A stretch of 64,000 bases of DNA from an uncultured Chryseobacterium sp. (GCA_964464935.1 CAYXKE010000001.1:78059-142058), one strand, 5' to 3'; numbered from the stretch's first letter, positions 9,632 to 19,281 are shown. Program-made: numbers and translations. Notes: a model not told the origin generated them from the letters alone.

Positions 9632-10615
9632 ATGGTCATGGGTGCGGGGGCTTTACTTCACGCCATGGCCCACATCCCTCCCCCCCTCCGCCCGCGCGAT
9701 ACGATCGCCATCGTGCCCACGGCACGCGCCATCACTGAGGATGAGCTCCGCGATGGCATCGCCCTGGCCGAAAGCTGGGGCTTGAGGGTGATGCTGGGCG
9801 CAGGCATTGGCCGTAGACACTTCCAGCAGGCAGGCACCGATGCCGAACGTGCCGCCGACCTGCAGGCCTCCATCGACGACCCCGAGGTGAAGGCCATCTG
9901 GTGCGCCCGTGGCGGCTACGGCACCATCCGCATCATGGACCGGGTGGACCTCTCGCCTTTGAAACGGAACCCCAAGTGGATCATCGGTTTCAGCGACATC
10001 ACCGTGCTGCACAATGCCTTGCACCATGTGGGCGTGGCTTCGCTGCATGCGCAGATGCCGTTCGCCATTGGGAACAAGACGGAGGATTGCCGGGAGAGTT
10101 TGAGGAGAGCGTTGATGACCAGCGAATGGTCAATGGCGAATAGCGAATGGGTGAGCTACCCATTCACCAATGACCATTCGCCATTCACGCGCGCTGGATC
10201 GTGCGAAGGGGTTCTCATCGGCGGCAACCTGTCCATCCTTTACTCGCTGCGCGGCACACCCTACGACATTGATCCGGCCGGGAAGATCCTCTTCCTGGAG
10301 GACTTGGACGAACTGCGTTACCACGCCGATCGCATGGTGCAGAACCTGCGGCACGGGGGCTGGTTCAGCGAACTGGCGGGCTTGATCGTGGGCGGCATGA
10401 CGGACATGCGCGACAAGAACGCCGATGATCCGTTCGGGATGGAGGTGGAGGAGATGATCACCGAGGCGGTGGCGCCGTACAGCTACCCGGTATGCTATGG
10501 CTTCCCCGCCGGCCACATCGCCGACAACCGCCCGTTGGTGCTGGGCGCAAATGCGAAACTCAGCGTGACCCCGGAGGGTGCGACGCTGAGCTTCACCACC
10601 GGGGACGGTGCCTAG
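9632..10615 (+). CDS. ldcA: LD-carboxypeptidase (muramoyltetrapeptide carboxypeptidase, peptidase S66)
   Basis: The nucleophile elbow is GFSDITVL. The GGNLS(I)L motif and the C-terminal His region are present. The gene carries an in-frame 22-aa insert encoded by a palindromic repeat (see the repeat feature at 10123..10189). Confidence 0.7.
   Translation: MVMGAGALLHAMAHIPPPLRPRDTIAIVPTARAITEDELRDGIALAESWGLRVMLGAGIGRRHFQQAGTDAERAADLQASIDDPEVKAIWCARGGYGTIRIMDRVDLSPLKRNPKWIIGFSDITVLHNALHHVGVASLHAQMPFAIGNKTEDCRESLRRALMTSEWSMANSEWVSYPFTNDHSPFTRAGSCEGVLIGGNLSILYSLRGTPYDIDPAGKILFLEDLDELRYHADRMVQNLRHGGWFSELAGLIVGGMTDMRDKNADDPFGMEVEEMITEAVAPYSYPVCYGFPAGHIADNRPLVLGANAKLSVTPEGATLSFTTGDGA
10123..10189. 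repeat. imperfect ~67-bp palindrome of CGAATGG/CCATTCG heptads inside ldcA; central perfect hairpin GAATGGGT-gagct-ACCCATTC
   Basis: Read directly in the sequence. The arms GAATGGTCAATGG and CCAATGACCATTC are related to the inverted ends of the element at 50308..50417. It is AT-rich relative to the 70%-GC background. Confidence 0.6.
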
Positions 10616-11247
10616 TTCCGCTCGAAGCGGTTGTAGCCCGCCGGGATCTCGAACAGCGCCGGCTTCATCGCACCCTTGGTGACCCGGGTCACCTCCAGCC
10701 GGCTCACTTCGGCCCCATCCAATTTCTGTTCAACGCCCAGCATGGGGAAGACCCCCTTCGCGCCTTTGATCTGCAGGAAGAACAGAGCCTGCTCATCCTT
10801 GCGGTTGAGCGTTTCGAGGAGCGGGATGAAGAAGTCGAACGCATCGGCCGCCACCCAATAGGTGAGCAGACGGTCCTCCGTTTCACTGCGCACGGTCCAC
10901 TTCTCGCAGGTGTAGCCCGCCATCTCCCGCGTCTCATTGGTCTTCTGCACGGTGGTCGCCACGTCCTTGGGCAGGCGCATGTTGGGCACATCCATGTAGA
11001 GCTTGCGCTCCGGGCTGATGGCCGTGACGGTCTTGTCGCGCGTGTCCACCAACATCACCCCCTGCACCTCCCCGCGGGAGCTGACCTCCTCGATGCGCAC
11101 CCGGTCGCCCTTCACGTAGTAGCGATAGGCGGTGACCACGGGGCCACTGGTCTTGGTGAATTCGATGGTGCCCTCGAACGATTGCGCGTGCACGGACGGG
11201 GTCGCCAGGATGGCAGCGAACCCGAGCAGGAAAAGAGATCGGCGCAT
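10612..11247 (-). CDS. DUF4412-like secreted protein
   Basis: There is a signal peptide, MRRSLFLLGFAAILATPSVHAQ, followed by an FEG.IE(F/Y) motif. This call rests on motif-level recollection only. Confidence 0.45.
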   Translation of the reverse strand: MRRSLFLLGFAAILATPSVHAQSFEGTIEFTKTSGPVVTAYRYYVKGDRVRIEEVSSRGEVQGVMLVDTRDKTVTAISPERKLYMDVPNMRLPKDVATTVQKTNETREMAGYTCEKWTVRSETEDRLLTYWVAADAFDFFIPLLETLNRKDEQALFFLQIKGAKGVFPMLGVEQKLDGAEVSRLEVTRVTKGAMKPALFEIPAGYNRFERN

Positions 11248-11343
11248 GGAACAGGATGGCTTTGGCAGGGTGGTGGGAATGTTCCCCAATTTTATCCCTT
11301 CAACGCGGCGACCCGGTCAGGGTTACCCTTTGAGTTTCCACAC

Positions 11344-11724
11344 GTGGCGGAGCATAACGACACGGGTTCCACGGGCGAACAGCTGGCGGCCCGCTTCCTG
11401 GAGGAGCAGGGCTACCAGGTGCTGCACCGGAACTGGCGGCATGGGCGGCACGAGATCGATCTGGTGGCCCAGCACGGGCAGCAGCTCGTCTTCGTGGAGG
11501 TGAAGACCCGCAGCAGCACCCAGTACGGCCAGCCCGAGGAGGCGGTGAGAAAGGGCAAGCGCGGCAAACTGATCAAGGCCGCCAATGCCTTCATCGCGGA
11601 GACCGGTCGTACCCTTGCGGTGCGATTCGACATCGTGAGCGTGATCCTGCACCCCGGCGGTCGACCGTACATCCATCACATACCCGACGCATTCTACCCC
11701 ACCATCCATGACCGGCCCCGATAA
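11344..11724 (+). CDS. yraN: YraN family (UPF0102) endonuclease-like protein
   Basis: GE..AARFLEEQGYQVLHRNWR..GEIDLVA...LVFVEVKTR....RFDIVSV matches the YraN family. The GTG start at 11344 is inferred because there is no in-frame ATG at the family N-terminus. Confidence 0.55.
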   Translation: MAEHNDTGSTGEQLAARFLEEQGYQVLHRNWRHGRHEIDLVAQHGQQLVFVEVKTRSSTQYGQPEEAVRKGKRGKLIKAANAFIAETGRTLAVRFDIVSVILHPGGRPYIHHIPDAFYPTIHDRPR

Positions 11725-12799
11725 GCGTAAACCCAAAGGCCGTGCGGCGGCCGCCGGCCGTGCGGCCGGCAAGCCCGCCTCCAAACGTGCAGGGCGTCGC
11801 CCGCCCGGCGCGGTGCGGCGCGGCGAGCGCACCGAGGATGAATGGCGCAGCGAAGGTGCCACCCGCCCGGCCCGGGAGCGCAGTGCCCGTACGGGCGAAG
11901 GCCGCGCTCCGCGCAAGGCCGCCGGCGGGGCCAAGGGAGGCGCACGACGCACCGAGCGGCCCGAACGCGACGAGCGTCCGATGCGCAACGACCGCGGACC
12001 CCGTGCGCGCCCCGGAGCCGCACAGCCCTGGCGGGAACGCAAGAAGAAGGTGGCCGAAGGCCCGCAGGACGGCAGCGTGCGCCTGAACCGCTTCCTGGCC
12101 CTGAGCGGCGTATGCAGCCGCCGCGATGCCGACGACCTGATCCGCGCCGGCGTGGTGACGGTGAACGGCCAGGTGGTGACCGAGCTCGGCACCAAGGTGC
12201 GGCCCACGGACCGTGTCCACTACGGCGGCCAGCGCCTGCAGCTGGAGACCAAGCGCTACGTGCTGCTGAACAAGCCGAAGGACTACATCACCACCATGGA
12301 CGACCCGCGCGAACGCCGCACGGTGATGTCCCTGGTGCGCAACGCCTGCCCCGAACGCATCTACCCCGTGGGCCGTCTGGACCGCCAGACCACCGGTCTG
12401 TTGCTCTTCACCAACGACGGCGACCTGGCCAAGAAACTCACCCACCCCAGCCACGGTGCCGAGAAGCTCTACCACGTGACGCTGGACAAGAACGTGACCA
12501 AGGCCCACATGGTACAGCTGGTGGAGGGGGTGGAGCTGGAGGACGGTCCCGCCCAGGCCGACGAGGTGAACTACGTGGAGGGTGCCTCCAAACGGGAAGT
12601 GGGGATCAAGATCCACATGGGCCGTAACCGCGTGGTGCGCCGCATGTTCGAGGCGCTGGGCTACCAGGTGATGAAGCTGGACCGCGTGGTGTTCGCCGGG
12701 CTCACCAAGAAGGACCTGCCCCGGGGCCGATGGCGCCACCTCACCGAGAAGGAGGTGCTGTTCCTGACCCGCCGCAAGTGGGGCGCGCGCAAGGAATAA
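11708..12799 (+). CDS. rluB: 23S rRNA pseudouridine synthase (RluB-like) with ~110-aa Arg/Lys/Ala-rich N-terminal extension
   Basis: The S4 domain is VRLNRFLALSGVCSRRDADDLI. The catalytic motif is GRLDRQTTGLLLFTNDG, and the KLYHVTL stretch is also present. The N-terminal extension is low-complexity but keeps GC3 bias. Confidence 0.8.
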   Translation: MTGPDKRKPKGRAAAAGRAAGKPASKRAGRRPPGAVRRGERTEDEWRSEGATRPARERSARTGEGRAPRKAAGGAKGGARRTERPERDERPMRNDRGPRARPGAAQPWRERKKKVAEGPQDGSVRLNRFLALSGVCSRRDADDLIRAGVVTVNGQVVTELGTKVRPTDRVHYGGQRLQLETKRYVLLNKPKDYITTMDDPRERRTVMSLVRNACPERIYPVGRLDRQTTGLLLFTNDGDLAKKLTHPSHGAEKLYHVTLDKNVTKAHMVQLVEGVELEDGPAQADEVNYVEGASKREVGIKIHMGRNRVVRRMFEALGYQVMKLDRVVFAGLTKKDLPRGRWRHLTEKEVLFLTRRKWGARKE

Positions 12800-12810
12800 C
12801 AACGGCCTGT

Positions 12811-12836
12811 GAACGAACGGCATGCGTTCTGCCGTT
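12811..12836 (+). terminator. GC hairpin (AACGGCA-tgcgttc-TGCCGTT) downstream of rluB; weak intrinsic terminator candidate
   Basis: The inverted repeat was read directly. There is no strong U-tract. Confidence 0.3.
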
Positions 12837-12889
12837 AGGAGGCTGAACGGCACGGGTACCTTTCGCGGATCCGCCCTGCCGGCACGCCC

Positions 12890-15580
12890 ATGCTCCGTCG
12901 CCTCCGCAAGCTTCTCCTCCTGTGCATTGTGCTGGGGGTGGTGGGCTTCACCACCCTGCTGGTGCTGGCCCGGCGCTATGAGCCCGAGGTGAAGGAGGCC
13001 CTGGTGCGCGGGCTCAACGAACACCTCAACGCCCCGGTGAGCGTGAGCGGCATGGACCTCACGCTCATCGCGCGCTTCCCCATGGCCGGGCTGCGCCTGC
13101 ACGATGTGCGCATCATGGAGGTGCGCACGGACGACCTGCCGCCCGACACCCTGCTGCGGGCCCGCGAGCTCTTCCTGGAGTTCAGCATCTGGAGCCTCTT
13201 CCGCGGTGACCGCACGATCGAACGCATCCACGGAGTGGACGTCGACCTGCGTCCGGGCCTGGACCACCACGGCGCGCCCAACTACATCGTATGGCAGGAG
13301 GACTCCCTCCCCTCCGCCTCCGTGCTGGCCTTGGAGCGGGTGAGCGTGGACGACCTGCGCCTGCGATTCCGCGATGCCCGCAGTGATCTGGAGATCGCCG
13401 GAAGCAGCCCGGCCATGCGCCTTTCCGGCCGCTTCGGCAGCGGGACCAATACGGTGACGCTCGAAGGCGACCTGGCCCTGGCGCACTGGACCCAACGCGG
13501 CGAACGCGTGCTGGCGGACCGCAGTGCCCACTTGCGGCTGGACATGACCTTCGGCGGTGATGACGGGGCGTTCCGCATCACGCGCGGCGAAGTGGACCCC
13601 GGTCGCATGCCGATGTCCCTCACACTGGCGCTGACCCCCTCGGCCAAGGGATCGCACCTGGAGCTGCGCGCCAATGGCTTCGGCATTCCCATTGACAAGG
13701 CGCTGGCCCAACTGCCCGATGCGCTGGGCGCCCGTTTCCGCGCCTACGAGGTGCGCGGCAATGCCGATCTGGCCCTCTCGTACGTGGGTCCGGTCGGATC
13801 CCCCGGGCCGGCGTTCGCCCTCGGTGCGCGCGTCACCAACGGCCGCATGAAGGAGCGTTCCTCCGGCACGGTGCTGCAGGACATCCATGGGGAACTGGCG
13901 CTGGACCTCACGCCCACCGGTGTGCCCAGCCGGGTGGTGGTGAAGGGCTTTTCCGCCCGCACCGGCGATGGTGTGCTGAGCGGCGACTGGGAGAGCGCGG
14001 GCCTGACCAACGCCCCGGTGACGGCCCGTTTGCGCATGGACGTGGGCCTGGCCGACCTGATGCGCTTCGCCCGGGTGGACACCTTGGAGCAGGTGAGCGG
14101 CCGCCTCACCGCCCAGGCCGCCGTGGAGGGCCGGCTGCGTGCCATGACCGACTTCCGCGCCAGCGACCTCAAGGGCCTGCGGATCGAGGGGCATGCCGCC
14201 CTGCGCAACGCCACGCTGAAGGTGAAAGGCTTGCGCCACCGCGTGGAGGCCATGGACGCCGACCTGGCCCTGAACGGCAACGATGCCACCGTGCATGGAC
14301 TGAAGGGCACCGTGCAGGGCAGCACCCTGGAACTGCGCGGCACCCTGCGCAACCTGATGCCGTTCCTGCTCTTCGATGACCAGCAGCTCGTCATCGACGC
14401 CCAGGCCACCGCCCACCGGATCGACCTGGGCGCGCTGCTGCAACGCACGCCCGACCAGCAGCCCGGCCGCACGGACTACGCGCTGACCCTGCCCGCCAGC
14501 ATCGCGCTGGACCTGCGGGCCCGTGTGGACCAGCTGGTGCTCGAGGACTTCACCGCCACCGACATCCAGGGCACCCTGCACATGAAGGACCGTGTGCTGC
14601 GCGTGTCGCCGGTGACGCTGCGCACGGCCGGCGGTGCGGTGCTGGGCCGCCTGGACCTCGACGCGCGGAGCGCTCCCGGCATGGCCCATCGACTGGCCAT
14701 CGAGGCCGACCTGCAGGGCATTGAGATGCAGCAGCTCTTCCGCGGGTTCCAGGACTTCGGGCAGGAATTCATCGGCCACCGCCACCTGAGCGGCACCACG
14801 CGCGCCCACGTGGAGTTCCGCGCCCCGCTGGCACCCGACCTCACCATCGACCTGGATCAGCTCACCTGCGTGCTCGACATCGGCATCGACAACGGATCGA
14901 TCAAAGGCCACCAGCCGCTGATCGAGGTGGCCGAATACCTGCGCCGCAACAAGCTCGTCGCACCCTTCGTGGACACCCAAGAGCTGGAACGCCGCCTCGC
15001 CGATGTGCGCTTTGCCCGCCTGGAGAACCGCGTGGAGATCCACCACGGCGCCGTGCACATACCCAGCATGAGCGTGCGCAGCAACGCGTTGGACATCGGC
15101 CTGAGCGGCACCCACTGGTTCGATGGCCGCATCGACCACCACCTGGACTTCCGGTTGAGCGACCTCTTCCGCATGGGCAAGCCCGCGCGTGATGAGTTCG
15201 GGCCGATCGTGGACGACGGCACGGGCATGCGCGTGTTCCTGCACATGTACGGCACCACCGCCGATCCGCAGTTCGCCAACGACGGGGCCATGGCCGCCGC
15301 CCGCCGCAAGCAGCAGTTCCAGCAGGAGAAGGAGGTGCTGCGCGACATCGTGCGCGAGGACCTGGGCCTGTTCCGCGGACGCGGCGGTGCGGACGACCGC
15401 ACCACCGCCGGCACCCATGACACACCTCCGGTGGTGGCGCCCCGTTTCCAAGTGGAGTGGGAGCCCGACAGCGCCACGGTGAAGGCCGGTGACGACCGCG
15501 CCAAGCCGCGCAAGGGCAACTGGTGGCGCGAGCGCGACAAAGCCCCCGAGGAGCAGGTGCGGTTCAAGGTGGAGGATTAG
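12890..15580 (+). CDS. AsmA-family outer-membrane biogenesis protein (N-terminal TM anchor, large periplasmic region)
   Basis: The N-terminal TM segment is LLLLCIVLGVVGFTTLLVLA. It is an 896-aa protein with AsmA-like composition and repeats, and strong GC3 bias throughout. Confidence 0.55.
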   Translation: MLRRLRKLLLLCIVLGVVGFTTLLVLARRYEPEVKEALVRGLNEHLNAPVSVSGMDLTLIARFPMAGLRLHDVRIMEVRTDDLPPDTLLRARELFLEFSIWSLFRGDRTIERIHGVDVDLRPGLDHHGAPNYIVWQEDSLPSASVLALERVSVDDLRLRFRDARSDLEIAGSSPAMRLSGRFGSGTNTVTLEGDLALAHWTQRGERVLADRSAHLRLDMTFGGDDGAFRITRGEVDPGRMPMSLTLALTPSAKGSHLELRANGFGIPIDKALAQLPDALGARFRAYEVRGNADLALSYVGPVGSPGPAFALGARVTNGRMKERSSGTVLQDIHGELALDLTPTGVPSRVVVKGFSARTGDGVLSGDWESAGLTNAPVTARLRMDVGLADLMRFARVDTLEQVSGRLTAQAAVEGRLRAMTDFRASDLKGLRIEGHAALRNATLKVKGLRHRVEAMDADLALNGNDATVHGLKGTVQGSTLELRGTLRNLMPFLLFDDQQLVIDAQATAHRIDLGALLQRTPDQQPGRTDYALTLPASIALDLRARVDQLVLEDFTATDIQGTLHMKDRVLRVSPVTLRTAGGAVLGRLDLDARSAPGMAHRLAIEADLQGIEMQQLFRGFQDFGQEFIGHRHLSGTTRAHVEFRAPLAPDLTIDLDQLTCVLDIGIDNGSIKGHQPLIEVAEYLRRNKLVAPFVDTQELERRLADVRFARLENRVEIHHGAVHIPSMSVRSNALDIGLSGTHWFDGRIDHHLDFRLSDLFRMGKPARDEFGPIVDDGTGMRVFLHMYGTTADPQFANDGAMAAARRKQQFQQEKEVLRDIVREDLGLFRGRGGADDRTTAGTHDTPPVVAPRFQVEWEPDSATVKAGDDRAKPRKGNWWRERDKAPEEQVRFKVED

Positions 15581-16435
15581 GATAAGGGAGGTGATAGTTC
15601 ATGGCCACCCAATGGCTGGCGGGGTTGGGGTGTAGTTGCAAGGCGGACGCGGCGGGTGCGGGTGGCTCCTTCCGGGGTTGGTGCCGTTTCGGCCCCATTT
15701 CACCCCCGCCGCCGGTATAGGGTGCCCGGCAATGGCCGTACGCGGCGCAGAGCAAATTGCTCGCCCATACCGCCGGGCGGTCGTAATGGTCGCCCACCAA
15801 GGCGATCAGGGCCTGCACTTCGGCGGTGTCCAGTTGGTAGGCATCGCGCTCGTCGTTCGCGGCGGCCTGCAATACTTCGATGTAGGCGGCCATGCGGCCG
15901 CGCTCCGCCTCCTCCATGTCCCTCAACGGCCGCTCCTGCGCCATGGCTTGCAGCACGGCCAGGGCACCGGCATGGTCGTCCATGCTCATCAGCAGGCCGG
16001 CCTCGGCATAGCGGGCCGCGTTGGTGCGCAACTGCTGCCATACCCAGCGCACGCTGTCCGGCGTGGCCGTGCCCGCCAGGTGGTGGGCCAGCAACCGGTG
16101 TGTGGCCTGGGTCATGGCGAAATGCGCATCGGCCAGCTGCTCCTCCAACTCGGCGCGGTAGGTGGGCGTGCGCCAGCTGGCCGCGATGCTGGCCAGGATA
16201 TAGGGCGGCAGGGGATGCAACGAAGAAGTGCCCACCCACTCCAGGAAACCGCGCTGCTGGGTGCCTCCGGGTTGGCGAGGCAGATCTCGGCCTTGATGGC
16301 ATCGGGTACGTTGGGCCGGTCCACCAGGGCCATCAGCGCGTCCACGCTCAGGAAGGGGCTGCGGGCCAGCAGGGAGGCGCGCAGGTCCCGGAACAGGATC
16401 ATCGGCTGAACACTCGATCCATTCCAGGGTGTCAC
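15564..16435 (-). pseudogene. hypothetical protein, apparently frameshifted (-1) near 16263..16268
   Basis: The N-terminal part (MILFRDLRASLLARSPFLSVDALMALVDRPNVPDAIKAEICLANPE) is in one frame. The remainder (TQQRGFLEWVGTSSLHPLPPYILASIAASWRTPTYRAELEEQLADAHFAMTQ...) is in another. Each has strong GC3 bias only in its own segment, and the junction lies at a GG/GGG run (ccggagg). Confidence 0.4.
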
Positions 16436-16588
16436 TCCGGTTCAGGGCGGGATAGAAATCGGGGCATTTCCCCGAATCGCCGGAGGGCGGAGCCACCAAT
16501 GCCTGGCCCACCGTAGTCCGAGCTGCCGAGAGCTCGGCCACCGGCCCCAACCCACGGACCCCCGCATTCCCGATCTTCACGCCCCCCA

Positions 16589-18121
16589 ATGGACCTCTAT
16601 TCACGCAAACAACGTTGGAAGTTGGTGCTGGCCGTGGTGGCCATGGTCATCGTGGGCGCATCGCTGTACTACAGCAGCCATATCGTGGAGGAGGTGCGCG
16701 AGAGCGAGCGGCGGAAGGTGCGCCTCTGGGCGGAGGCCGTGCAGAACCGCGCCGAGCTGGTGAACTACACCGAAAGGCTGTTCGAACGACTGCGTGCCGA
16801 GGAGCGCAAGAAGGTGCGCCTCTTCGCCGAGGCCCAGCTGCGCCTGGTGAACAGCACCGATGATGACCTCACCTTCTACCTGAGCGTGATCACGGACAAC
16901 ACCACCATCCCCGTGATCATCGCCGATGCCAAGGGGCGGGTGAAGTTCCACCGCAACCTGGACGAAGCCGTGGTGAAGGACACCGCGCTGATGCGCCAGG
17001 AGCTGGAGGCGATGGCCGCCATGCACACGCCGATCCCCATCGCCGTGTACGACCAGCGCCAGTACCTGTACTACAAGGACTCAAAGGTGGTGACCGAGCT
17101 GCAGGAAGTGATGGACGGCATCATCCGCTCGTTCATCTCCGAGACCGTGATGAGCTCGGCCGCGGTGCCGGTGGTGCTCACCGACAGCACGCGGCGGCGC
17201 GTGATCGAGCACAGCCACATCGAACCCGAGGTGGCGGCCGACAGCATGGCCATGCGCCTGCGGATCGCGGCCATGGCGAAGGCCAATCCGCCCATCGCCA
17301 TCGACCTGCCGGGCCAGGGACGCCACTACATCTTCTACGAGGAGAGCCTGGTGATCACGCGGCTGCGCTACTTCCCCTACGTGCAGCTGATCATTCTCGG
17401 CCTGTTCCTGATCGTGGCCTATGCGCTGTTCAGCATCTTCCGCAATGCTGAGCAGAACCAGGTGTGGGTGGGCATGGCCAAGGAGACGGCCCACCAGCTG
17501 GGTACGCCACTGAGCTCATTGCTGGCATGGATGGAGCTGCTGAAGGACCAGGGCGTGGATCCCACCGCACTGAACGAGATGCGCAAGGACGTGGACCGGC
17601 TCGGCTTGATCACCGACCGGTTCAGCAAGATCGGGTCGGCGCCGGACCTGGTGCCCGAGAAGATCTATCACACCCTGCGCGCCACGGTGCTGTACCTCCG
17701 TCCCCGTCTGCCGGCCCAGGCACGCATCGAGGTGCTCCCCCCCGCCGACCCCGACCTCACCGTGCCCCTGAACCGCGCCCTGTTCAGCTGGGTGGTGGAG
17801 AACCTGATCCGCAACGCCGTGGACGCCATGGAGGGCACGGGTTCCATCACGCTGGAGATCATCGCGGAAGGCAACGCCGTGCACATCGACGTGACCGACA
17901 CCGGCAAGGGGATCCCCACATCCCAGCACCGCACCGTGTTCCGCCCGGGCTTCACCACCAAAAAGCGCGGATGGGGCCTGGGCCTGTCGCTGAGCAAGCG
18001 TATCATCGAACAGTACCACGATGGCAAGATCTTCGTGAAGAAGAGCGCGATCGGCAAGGGAACCACATTCCGGATCACGCTGGCGCAGGGCGTGTTGAGC
18101 CGTGCGCTGGTCACGGAATAG
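16589..18121 (+). CDS. sensor histidine kinase (two TM segments, HisKA + HATPase_c)
   Basis: The H-box is AHQLGTPLSSL. The N, G1 and G2 boxes are (ENLIRNAVDAM..., DTGKGIP, GWGLGLSLS). The TM helices are at residues 10-30 and ~270-290. Confidence 0.8.
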   Translation: MDLYSRKQRWKLVLAVVAMVIVGASLYYSSHIVEEVRESERRKVRLWAEAVQNRAELVNYTERLFERLRAEERKKVRLFAEAQLRLVNSTDDDLTFYLSVITDNTTIPVIIADAKGRVKFHRNLDEAVVKDTALMRQELEAMAAMHTPIPIAVYDQRQYLYYKDSKVVTELQEVMDGIIRSFISETVMSSAAVPVVLTDSTRRRVIEHSHIEPEVAADSMAMRLRIAAMAKANPPIAIDLPGQGRHYIFYEESLVITRLRYFPYVQLIILGLFLIVAYALFSIFRNAEQNQVWVGMAKETAHQLGTPLSSLLAWMELLKDQGVDPTALNEMRKDVDRLGLITDRFSKIGSAPDLVPEKIYHTLRATVLYLRPRLPAQARIEVLPPADPDLTVPLNRALFSWVVENLIRNAVDAMEGTGSITLEIIAEGNAVHIDVTDTGKGIPTSQHRTVFRPGFTTKKRGWGLGLSLSKRIIEQYHDGKIFVKKSAIGKGTTFRITLAQGVLSRALVTE

Positions 18122-18153
18122 CAGCAAGCGCGCGACGAGAGCGGTCCCACACC

Positions 18154-19281
18154 ATGCCCGGCCTGTACATCCACATCCCGTTCTGCCGGCAGGCCTGCAC
18201 CTATTGCGACTTCCACTTCAGCACCTCGGTGCGCGACCGCGAAGCCGTGCTCGAGGCCATGTACCGCGAGCTGCACGAACGGGCCCACGAGATCGGTGAT
18301 GCGCCCGTGGACACCATCTACTTCGGCGGGGGCACTCCGAGCCTGCTGGACCTCGACCGGATCGACGGCTTCATGACACTGACCCGCTCGCTCTTTCGCG
18401 TGGCGCCCGATGCCGAGGTGACCCTGGAGGCCAACCCCGACGACGTGGCACCCGATCGCCTGGCCGCCTGGCACCGCATGGGCATCAACCGGATGAGCCT
18501 GGGCATCCAAAGCTTCCGCGATGACCGGTTGCGCTGGATGGGCCGCGCCCACGATGCCCGGCAGGCACGGGACAGCATCGCGCTCATCGCACACGCCGGT
18601 TTCCGCACGTGGACCATCGACCTCATCTACGGCCTGCCCGGCATGACCCTGGCCGAATGGGATGAACAGCTCACCATTGCGCTGGACCATGGCATGCCGC
18701 ACCTGAGCGCCTACTGCCTTACGGTGGAGCCGCGCACCCGCCTGGCGCACCAGGTGCACCATCATCAGGTGGTGATGCCCGGGGACGATCAGCAGAGCGC
18801 CCAGTTCGACCGGCTGATGGACCGCATGGAACGGGCCGGGCTGGACCACTACGAGATCAGCAATTTCGGGATGCCGGGACATCATTCGCGCCACAACACC
18901 AGCTATTGGGAGGGGGTGCCCTACCTGGGCATCGGGCCGTCGGCGCATTCGTTCAACGGTCGCGACCGCCGCTGGAACGTGGCGAACAATGCCGTGTACA
19001 CCAGGGCGGTGAACGAGGGCCGGCCCTACTGGGAGAGCGAAACGCTCACCCCCGCGCAGCGCACCAACGAGAAGCTCCTCACCGGCCTGCGGACCACCCG
19101 GGGGGTGGACATCACCGCGCTGGAAGTGGATGCCCTGCGCATCAACGCCAAGGCCGTGGCGCATTACATGGCCCGCGGCGAACTGGTATTGGCCGATGGC
19201 CGGTTAGCTTTGACCAAGGCGGGGCGGCACTTCGCGGACCGCATCGCCGCCGCCCTGTTCGTCACCGCCGATGATCGCTGA
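18154..19281 (+). CDS. hemW: radical SAM heme chaperone HemW (HemN-like, oxygen-independent coproporphyrinogen oxidase family)
   Basis: HIPFCRQACTYCDF is the CxxxCxxC radical SAM motif at the N-terminus. The protein is 375 aa, which is HemW length. Confidence 0.8.
   Translation: MPGLYIHIPFCRQACTYCDFHFSTSVRDREAVLEAMYRELHERAHEIGDAPVDTIYFGGGTPSLLDLDRIDGFMTLTRSLFRVAPDAEVTLEANPDDVAPDRLAAWHRMGINRMSLGIQSFRDDRLRWMGRAHDARQARDSIALIAHAGFRTWTIDLIYGLPGMTLAEWDEQLTIALDHGMPHLSAYCLTVEPRTRLAHQVHHHQVVMPGDDQQSAQFDRLMDRMERAGLDHYEISNFGMPGHHSRHNTSYWEGVPYLGIGPSAHSFNGRDRRWNVANNAVYTRAVNEGRPYWESETLTPAQRTNEKLLTGLRTTRGVDITALEVDALRINAKAVAHYMARGELVLADGRLALTKAGRHFADRIAAALFVTADDR

Noticed and set aside
10492-11343. N-terminal 280 aa of the 410-aa ORF ending at 11724
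   Set aside because: It is antisense to the DUF4412 gene and shows no coding GC3 pattern. Only the C-terminal 126 aa (YraN) is supported.
11591-15451. 1286-aa minus-strand ORF antisense to the AsmA-family gene
   Set aside because: Its composition is dominated by A/G/R/H/V/P with no motifs. The GC3 periodicity belongs to the plus-strand AsmA frame. It is the stop-poor antisense ORF typical of 70%-GC DNA.
16112-16604. Treating ORFs 16112..16435 and 15564..16604 as two independent genes
   Set aside because: Each ORF shows coding bias only over part of its length, and the frames swap at a G run. A single frameshifted gene explains the data better.
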